DNA of 64,000 nucleotides, taken from contig CP075495.1 of NCBI GenBank assembly GCA_021613535.1, forward strand, positions 13,020,001 through 13,084,000, given 5' to 3'. Source of the DNA: Adineta vaga. Lineage: Eukaryota > Animalia > Rotifera. A program made the translations under genes and the position numbers. A model generated the notes under the pieces. That model had not been told where the DNA came from, did not search any database, and worked only from the letters and a program-made list of their open reading frames with translations. Each line of letters begins with the position of its first letter. The stretch's first letter is position 1. Below are positions 56,043 through 64,000 of this stretch, piece by piece.

Positions 56043-57326
56043 ATGAATACTGTCCATCCCTTAGGATTTCTACCGAAAATATTTACCATTCGACAACGTT
56101 CTTCATTTAATGAACTTCGACCAGTTAGTTTAGTTAAATTAGAACGTGGTATTGCTCAACGTTCCTTACTCTATTGTTTAGAAAAAGGCTATTTTTCATT
56201 GATTCATTATTTACTTCAATCTAATGTATGTGATGTTCGTGAACGTGATAGTGAAGGACGTACAGCTTTAATGTATTGTTGTTTCATTGAAAATGATAGT
56301 TGGACACAAAATATGGCGACGATTTTATTAGAATTTGGTGCAAAAATTGGTGATCAAGATCAAAATGGATTGAATGCTTTACATTATGCAATTATAACAC
56401 AACGAATAAATTTAATTCGACGTTATCTTACATCAATAGATTTTAATCTTAATCAAGCAATAGATATTCATGGTAATACATGTTTGCATTATGCTGCATC
56501 TACAGGTGATTTGAATATCATTCATCTTGTATTGAAAGCTATGAAACGCTATTCAGTTGATTTATCGATGAAAAATCATTTTGGTTTAACAGCATATGAT
56601 ATTGCTTGTCAGAATACGAATGAAGTTTGTCAAAATTTCTTACGTAATGAAACGACAAATTCTGAACTAAATGAACTATCAACAACAAATGAATCACCAT
56701 TGATTTTTGAATCGACACTTGATCGACGTTTCTCGTCAGCATCACAAACACATTCAACAATATCGAATCGATTTCGTTCAACAACACCAGGAATACAAAG
56801 AAATATGTCAATGAAACCTCCATCTTTATTAATGTCGGCTAATTCAAAAAATCTTCGTAAATCATCTGCAAGTATGTCAACAGTTCAAACGGAAAAAATC
56901 GGTTCTCGTTCATCAATTTTAATTGATCCAACTGAATCGCGACATATTCGACTTCGACGTAACAGAATTCTTGATCTATCACTTTTAAATCAAGCTAAAA
57001 CTATATCAAATTCAAAAACATCATCAATCAACGGTCAAAATGGCCTCTTTAGTGCATCACCATCATCATCAACCTGGCGTGATGATTTTACAAAAATATT
57101 TGATCGTTTACAAACTGTAAAAACACCTTCCTATAGAGAAACAATTCATCCACCATTAAATACAGAAATACCCGCTGATTTATATCCAAGTCTTTTGGCA
57201 ACCAATGATACATTTCGAAGTGACAATGTTGGTATGCAATCAGCTGCATTAGATTCATCACAAAAAATCAATCGACGACGAAGTAGTGTTATGGTTTCGA
57301 AATTTATTTCCAAATTAAGAAAATGA
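56043..57326 (+). CDS. Ankyrin-repeat protein with a Ser-rich tail, single exon
   Basis: GRTALMYCC, GLNALHYA, GNTCLHYAA, GLTAYDIA ankyrin repeats. Confidence 0.9.
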   Translation: MNTVHPLGFLPKIFTIRQRSSFNELRPVSLVKLERGIAQRSLLYCLEKGYFSLIHYLLQSNVCDVRERDSEGRTALMYCCFIENDSWTQNMATILLEFGAKIGDQDQNGLNALHYAIITQRINLIRRYLTSIDFNLNQAIDIHGNTCLHYAASTGDLNIIHLVLKAMKRYSVDLSMKNHFGLTAYDIACQNTNEVCQNFLRNETTNSELNELSTTNESPLIFESTLDRRFSSASQTHSTISNRFRSTTPGIQRNMSMKPPSLLMSANSKNLRKSSASMSTVQTEKIGSRSSILIDPTESRHIRLRRNRILDLSLLNQAKTISNSKTSSINGQNGLFSASPSSSTWRDDFTKIFDRLQTVKTPSYRETIHPPLNTEIPADLYPSLLATNDTFRSDNVGMQSAALDSSQKINRRRSSVMVSKFISKLRK

Positions 57327-57599
57327 ATTTTGCTTTTTTCGAAAATAAGGACGTTTGACTTTTCTATTCTTTTTTTTTCAAAATTTCATTTGTAAGAATA
57401 AATCCATTGAGTTAAGTGCATAAAAAAAAGAAAATCAATATTTAATAAGATTTAGATGAAACTTTTTCGGATGATTTCTTTTCTATTTGATTCAATTAGA
57501 GAAAAACGTTTTCGCCCAAGGTTAATTCAATTCTTTTAAAAATCTATTACAGAACAAAAATAAGTCTGTTTGTCACTCTCTTAGTTTTCTAAATTTTAT

Positions 57600-58745
57600 T
57601 CAGAAATAAACTTCACTAGTTGGCCTTAATAATGTTATTATCGACAATGTACGAAATACGAACATGTATAAAATAGGATCGATAAGAAATATAAACATTT
57701 GTACATAAAAGAGAATTGATTTCATCATTAAGTTATGTTCAAATGGGATATGTATAAATATTACAAGTAAAATATTGATTAATGTCCAGAAAAGAATAAT
57801 TAAGGAACTAAATTGAAATTGTTTTTGTTGTTCAACAATGATTTTGTGTTGATATTGATCAATTTGAAATGTTAGTAAGTATTTTAATAATCGTTGTTCA
57901 ATACATTTCATTTGACGATGATGTATTAAGATTAAAAGAAGAAATGGAATAAAACAAGTGATTGAGAGAACAAAAAATGTGTAAGATAAACGAAATGTAT
58001 AATTAACAATACAAATTCGAAGAATGAAATCAAATTGAATCGATGCCCATTCATCAGTTATTGTTGGCCAAGTAAATAAACACAAACATATGAAAATACT
58101 TAAAAAAATGAATGATAAACGACGATATGTTATGGTTTGCCAATATTGATTGAATTTAAAACATATATACCAAAAAAGACGTATACAGATTGTTAAATTT
58201 AAATGAAATAATGTTAAAACATGAAGAAAAAAACTTTGTAAAAGACAAAAATTTGTTGAATATTGAATAAAATTTGGATAGAAAATAGGAATTAGATAAA
58301 TCATTAAACATAACCAATTGATAAGAAATAATGAGGTAACGAGAAATAGGCCGAATGATCGAATTGTTCGAATTAATATAGTTTCTGATTCCAGAATAAT
58401 ATGTGATAATAAAGATGATGATGATGATGATGAATTTGTAGAAAAGATTTTCTTTGTCGAACGAGATTTCGAAGTTTCTAGTTGAAGGACTTCGGAACAG
58501 GATTGGTCGATATCTAATGATAGTTTTGAGTTTAAATCTTTATGAATGATTTGTGTAGAATAACGATATGAGAAATGTTTGGAAATTTTAAATATTTGCC
58601 AATAATTATGAAAAAATGTTGTTAAAAAGAATATAATATGAATAAAACTATTTAAAATCAAATAGAATAACGTGATTATTATCATTGATCTCTTGGTATT
58701 CATCGATATTTCTAATCCGATTGATTGATTTGTAGGAGAAGACAT
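57600..58745 (-). CDS. Intronless rhodopsin-like 7TM receptor
   Basis: Seven hydrophobic segments, TM3 FCLLQ, ECL2 Cys (RICIV), TM5 FIP, TM7 DPILY (NPxxY-like). Confidence 0.75.
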   Translation of the reverse strand: MSSPTNQSIGLEISMNTKRSMIIITLFYLILNSFIHIIFFLTTFFHNYWQIFKISKHFSYRYSTQIIHKDLNSKLSLDIDQSCSEVLQLETSKSRSTKKIFSTNSSSSSSSLLSHIILESETILIRTIRSFGLFLVTSLFLINWLCLMIYLIPIFYPNFIQYSTNFCLLQSFFLHVLTLFHLNLTICIRLFWYICFKFNQYWQTITYRRLSFIFLSIFICLCLFTWPTITDEWASIQFDFILRICIVNYTFRLSYTFFVLSITCFIPFLLLILIHHRQMKCIEQRLLKYLLTFQIDQYQHKIIVEQQKQFQFSSLIILFWTLINILLVIFIHIPFEHNLMMKSILFYVQMFIFLIDPILYMFVFRTLSIITLLRPTSEVYF

Positions 58746-59899
58746 CGAAATGTTTTCCTAACTTCGATCTTACGATGGAATATCGGTAACAAGTGTTCCC
58801 ATATGAGTGAATATTCTTCGATTGTAGGAGAAAGATAAGGAAGTAAATGAAAGAGAAGAAAAAAGAAAGAAAGAAAGAGTAGCAGATCGTAAAGTGCGTT
58901 TTTCTGTGTTTGGATGTATGGAAGAATGCATGTCGTTTGTATGCCTCGATCATATAGTTAGTCAGTATAGGGAAAGAGAAAAGGAAAGACAGAACACAAA
59001 TAAAAAATTAATTTCTCTCTATGGAATCTAATCTGCATGATGTCTCCTTTTTTTATATTGCTTCAATATAGTTCTGTTGTTTGCTATAATGATTCGAGTT
59101 GTCGTAGCAAAAAACAATCTCGTTTCTGTACAAACGTTTTGTTTCTAGACATCATCACTATTTCTCGCATGCAGGAAATCAATAAATTAACCAAGGCGCA
59201 AAAAACGCCTACAATCAACATCAACGCCTGGTTTGTTAATCAAAGAAAAATTACATTGTTGAAAGAGAATTCAAATTTGTTGGATCAGTAGCAAAATGGC
59301 TTGTTCGTCAATATTATTCAGTAATCTGATATATTGACATTAGTTTGATCGATTTTTTACGTTTATTTATTTCTCACAATAACCTATAAGTCTCTTGGTC
59401 TCCAGTTTTTCTCTCCATATGTTTGGCGTTTTTCTTCCGAATAGGTTTATGTGTTTTATCAAATCATTTATACAAATGACAATGTTTGATGTTTATTCAG
59501 AAAAAGCAACGACTGGTTACCCAATGATCAGTTATAATCTTTTGACATATAAGAAGAACAAAAAAGAAATCATAGAAGTTTTTCTTCATCTTTAGTTTGT
59601 CAGAATAATGAAATACCCTAGAACTATTTTTATCTTCATGAGTAAGTTTACGTATACCTCTTGTCTTTCTAAAAATAAACTGAATGACATCTTGATGGAA
59701 ATCGATCGATTGATCAATGATAGAGATTTCTTTACTTCTTCTAGTTATTATCTATATAACATGATAGAACAAAGAAAAAAAAACATAAGAAATAAAACCA
59801 CACGTGCAAGACATGATTAGTTTTACATGAGAATAGAAAATTTGTCTTTAAGGTTTAGTTTTTCAAGATCGTATTGCAAAAAACATTGTTTGTGGTAGA

Positions 59900-61046
59900 C
59901 TAACTACGACTGCGTGATCGTGATCGTGATCGTGATCGGGAACGAGAACGAGAGCTGGAAAACAAATAAATACGAAATATTAAAATCAAAAAGAAAATAT
60001 TTTCTTACGGTGAACGTCGACGATAATTATCACGATCGTAATTTGAACCTCGTCGACTGTCGTAACGATGATCACCACCACCACCTCCGCGACCGCGACC
60101 GCCACCGCCGCCGCCGCCACCTCTTCGGCTTTCTCGACAATCACGAGACATATGACCAGGACGTAAGCAGTTATAACATTGCATATTGTTCCGATTATTT
60201 CTACTACTCTAAAATATTACACAAAAATAAAAACGATAGATCAAGGATGAGTACTTACTCCGTCTCCGCCGCCGCCGCCTCCTCCTCCTCCTGATTCACG
60301 TCGTTTTGATCGCGCCCATTGAACAATCAATAATTTACCTTTATGATCACGACCATTTTCTCCTTTGATTGCTGCCTAGATATCAAACAAAATTCTATTA
60401 ATTTATCAAAAATATTTCTCTTAATTGAGAAAAAAACAAACTATTCCAGAAGAAGAAAGAAATCGACATAATTACTTTCTCATATAACTCAACATACCTT
60501 CTAATAACATAGTAATAAAAAGAACTCGGAAAATGAAAAAAGTGCACAGCGAATGTATGAAATATCACCATCACTTCCCATCAAACTGTTACTATGAAAT
60601 TTTACACGTTGTTCATCAGATATATAATGAATCGAAGACGTGCATAAGATATATGAAAAGAAAGCTCAGGGATGCATAATATAATTCTACAAGAAAACAA
60701 AAAATGCCGTGATTATAGATATACATATACATTTTTTTAAATATATATATATTATTAGATACATACCTCCGCATCAGAACCTGATTCAAATTCAAGAAAA
60801 CCATAACTTGAAGCATAACCTATACGAAAGTAATTGTGAATGATATTTATCTATTGAATATAATACTTGATGCGCCTTGTTTGAGTTCACATCGGACTAC
60901 ATGTCCATAATGTTCAAATATACTAATAAGAAAGAAAAATTAGAATCGATTGAGTTTTATTTACGAAAAAAATGGAATTACTCTTCAAGGTCATGTTTTG
61001 AAATATCACGGGCAATATTTCCAACGAATATTTCGACTTGTGACAT
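59900..61046 (-). CDS. SRSF7: SR splicing factor SRSF7/9G8-like (RRM, CCHC zinc knuckle, RS tail); multi-exon
   Basis: MSQVEIFVGNI (RNP2), YGFLEF (RNP1), CYNCLRPGHMSRDC knuckle, RGG-rich region, terminal (RS)n. Confidence 0.88.
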
Positions 61047-61626
61047 TGATAGAAAACTTTTGTTTATTCGGCAAATCAAATGTGTGAATATGTATATTAG
61101 TTCTTTCTTATCTTTCTTTTCGTACTCTTGTAATATGTATCAATCAATAGGCTTTGTTGTTATTGAGAAAAAAAAGAAAAAATCAATTGAAAACAAATAT
61201 TCACGAACGTATTAGAAATATTTGCTTTAATCTTTGTTAGAAGAAAAAAACATACTACTTTCCAACAGATGTCGTTCTATATCAATTCGTCATTTTTGGT
61301 ATTTTGATTTATCGACTTATTTAGATTGAGATAATTCTCTGTTCGATAGATTTAAAGCTTGTCTGCAAATTAAAGAAATGTCTTAGTTTTGTGCTCAAGG
61401 TATTTCGTCCTCGGATTTTGGCGCTGATATGAGTCCTATCATCTAATGAAATACTAAATGCGCCTTTCAAGGCTCAGATAGTTTTCTTATTAATAAGACT
61501 AAATCATCACTACTGTTGCCAGTTCACTTGACACCACTAAACAATTCTCGTCAGTGTTCAATACTTTTATTGATTTGATACTGATACATAATAAAAACTT
61601 TGCATCATTGGCGCTAAAATATCAAA

Positions 61627-64000
61627 ATGGTACATAACTGTGCAATTCTAAGTTGTCCACTTCATAATCGACGAAATATACGTAAAGGTATCTATATAAC
61701 TATAAATCATGTTCTTTCTTCACACTAATCTGTCATTTTTTCTTTGAATTTAAGGTCTTCTTTTTCATTCATTTCCTGTTGATCAACATCGTTTTGAACT
61801 ATGGCGTCAAACTGTATTCAATCATTGTTCACAAACACTTTCGATTAATAGACATTCAAAAATTTGCTATCGCCATTTTCAACCCGATGATTACATTGCT
61901 AATCATACTGGTTTAACACGTTATTTAAAAGCAACTGCTATACCATCAATCTTTACTGAAACAAAATTCGATTCAACATTGATCGATAATAATTCTATAT
62001 TAACATCACCAACAGATATGAATATGAATCAAAATATACATTCACAAACAACTGCATCATCATCACTTTTAATATTGCCATCAACTTCATCGTCATCAGA
62101 AGTTACATCAATAGTAACTGATACAAAAGCAAAACGACTTTTGAATACAATTGATAAATTACATCAAATTCAAAATGCAAATAAAGATATGACAACATCA
62201 AACATCAGTCTTGAAACGGAACAAATGAAAATAGATGAAGATGATCATCATTTTTCACTCGATCATTCATTACAAATATCTCAAGTTTTTACAATTGATC
62301 ATCTAGATGATTTAAACAAAGAATATCAATCGTCAACTAATACCAGTAAAGTTTAATGAAGATTCTCCAAAAATCTTATCTCTTGAAACTGTTTGTAGAC
62401 GAAATTTTCCCACAATCTTCTCTTGAATCTGATTCATTTCGATGTCCAAAAAGTCATCTCGAAGATGCTTTATTCAAATTTCTTGAACAAGCAAATCTTT
62501 TACAATATTATTCTGCTTTTATTGAACAAGGTTTGACGCTCGTCTTTAATTCCAAAACATAAACTATATCTTTTCAATTTAATTAGGTGGCGATGATTTA
62601 AAACAACTTGCAGAAGCACAAAATGATGATTTTCAAGAGATCATTACTCTCGTTGGAATGACATCGAAACCTTTACATATAAAACGTTTTAAAAAGGCTT
62701 TAGCTGATTATCGACAATCAATCAATGATATAGATATCAATCAATCGTATACATCGAGTTCACTGCGTTGTTTATCAACAGGATTATCATTATCTGATCG
62801 ACATTCAACATCAACAAATAATTCAATAAAAGTTAACAATCAAATAATATCGAATTGGAATGTAAATATTAGTTTACTTTGATTCTTGACAAAAAATCTG
62901 CATTATACGCGAAGAAAAGATTTGAAATTGTTATTTGTTTTCAGACGATTGATCCTAATAAAAATAATAATGCGCATCAATTATTGGATGATAGTCAACG
63001 AAAGATGATTGCTGATGAAGCAGAACGTTTAGCAAATTTATTACCATTGACAACAATGAAAAGATTCAATGGACAAAATAATATTTCCAAAGAATTATTT
63101 GTATAATTTTATATAGGAAAAATATCCTTGTATATTGATTTCTATAGGCAACAATGAATTTACCAAGAGATTTTGAAGATCGTTGGCAACGTATCCGAAA
63201 ATATTCAGCGATTTGTAAGAATTTTACAAAAGATTTTTTCAAAGACTCGCTTTTACTTCATATAACTTAGATAATCGATTTGATTCAAAGAAATCCAATG
63301 AAATAATGAGTTTACATGAAGTAATTTCAGAAACATATTTTAAACATTATCTTTATTTTATCATATATAAATCAATCTAGATTTTAATCAATGAAGCAGC
63401 AGCTGCTATTTGTTTTTATCGACCAGGTCCTTTCCTTAAGAATTGATCGGTATTTGTTCAACTATTTCGAACTTTAGAATATCTAACCCGTCGTGATGAA
63501 TTATCACATCTTGCTCGACGTATTCTTCAAAATATTGGAATTACTACCAATAGTACTCTCAAACGGTATCATAAATTCATTCTATTTCTTTCGTAAAATC
63601 AATTTTTAAATACTCTATAGACCATTAAATATGTTAACATGTGACATAACACCTGCAAAACAAGTTAAATTGAATATGTCTCTTGGAAAACCTACAACAC
63701 GACAAAGAGATCCAGATACGTTTCGATTAATGTGGCATAATCGTGAAGTATGAAATCTTATTAATACTTGAATTGAGATTGATTCAGTTTTTTATTATTA
63801 TAAAGGCAAAAGTTGAACAAATTCCAATTGAAATCGAAACACTTCGTTGTGAACAAAACAAATTATTACAACAACTTAAACAAAACACAATGGATTCCTC
63901 ATCATCATCATCATCATCTATAGATACTAATAATAGTTTAAAAAAACAAATTGATGAATTAAGTAAAAAAATTGAACAACTTAGTGATGAAGAGAAAAAT
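61627..64000 (+). CDS. NAB: THAP-domain/NAB (NGFI-A-binding corepressor) fusion protein; runs off the window end
   Basis: MVHNCAILSC...FHSFP...W...ICYRHF...LKATAIPSIF (THAP C2CH + AVP box) is in frame with NCD1 (ANLLQYYSAFIEQGGDDLKQL...VGMTSKPLHIKRFKKAL) and NCD2 (IRKYSAI..RFDSK..LHE..INEAAA..LTRRDEL..LARR). Confidence 0.9.

Noticed and set aside
59905-59955. Hexamer tandem repeats (cgtgat)n/(cgagaa)n
   Set aside because: They simply encode the RS domain of the SR protein; not a CRISPR array or satellite.
61627-61960. THAP domain as part of an active P-element
   Set aside because: No transposase catalytic region or inverted repeats; it splices into a host NAB gene.

Overview
AT-rich, gene-dense animal genomic DNA with many ~50-70 nt GT-AG introns. 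It is most consistent with a bdelloid rotifer (inferred from composition, intron size and codon use; not proven). The ORF track fragments the genes, so I rebuilt about 24 gene models by reading splice sites by eye. In order: FRRS1-like (reeler + 3 DOMON + cytochrome b561), an orphan, BRD8-like, MSS4/RABIF, a KEN/D-box securin-like gene, a Skp1 paralogue, three genes without coding introns (a CaaX protein, a bacterial-like secreted protein with a frameshift, a Gly/Tyr-rich peptide), MRPL47, Piwi, Raf, CDC27 with a nested 7TM gene, DNAJC22, a type II TM-EGF protein, two Mps1/TTK-like kinases, a GRAF-type RhoGAP, RPL6, an ankyrin protein, a second 7TM gene, SRSF7-like and a THAP-NAB fusion. Best leads: (1) Raf carries two phase-matched, frame-incompatible exons encoding alternative C1 zinc fingers, i.e. 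a mutually exclusive exon switch, in a kinase that also lacks the RKTR dimer arginine; (2) a NAB corepressor is fused in frame to a THAP DNA-binding domain; (3) a tightly packed, co-oriented skp1-securin-mss4-brd8 run has AG acceptors just before each ATG, suggesting an SL trans-spliced operon; (4) there are candidate poison exons in SRSF7 and Piwi. All family assignments come from motif recognition; no database search was run.
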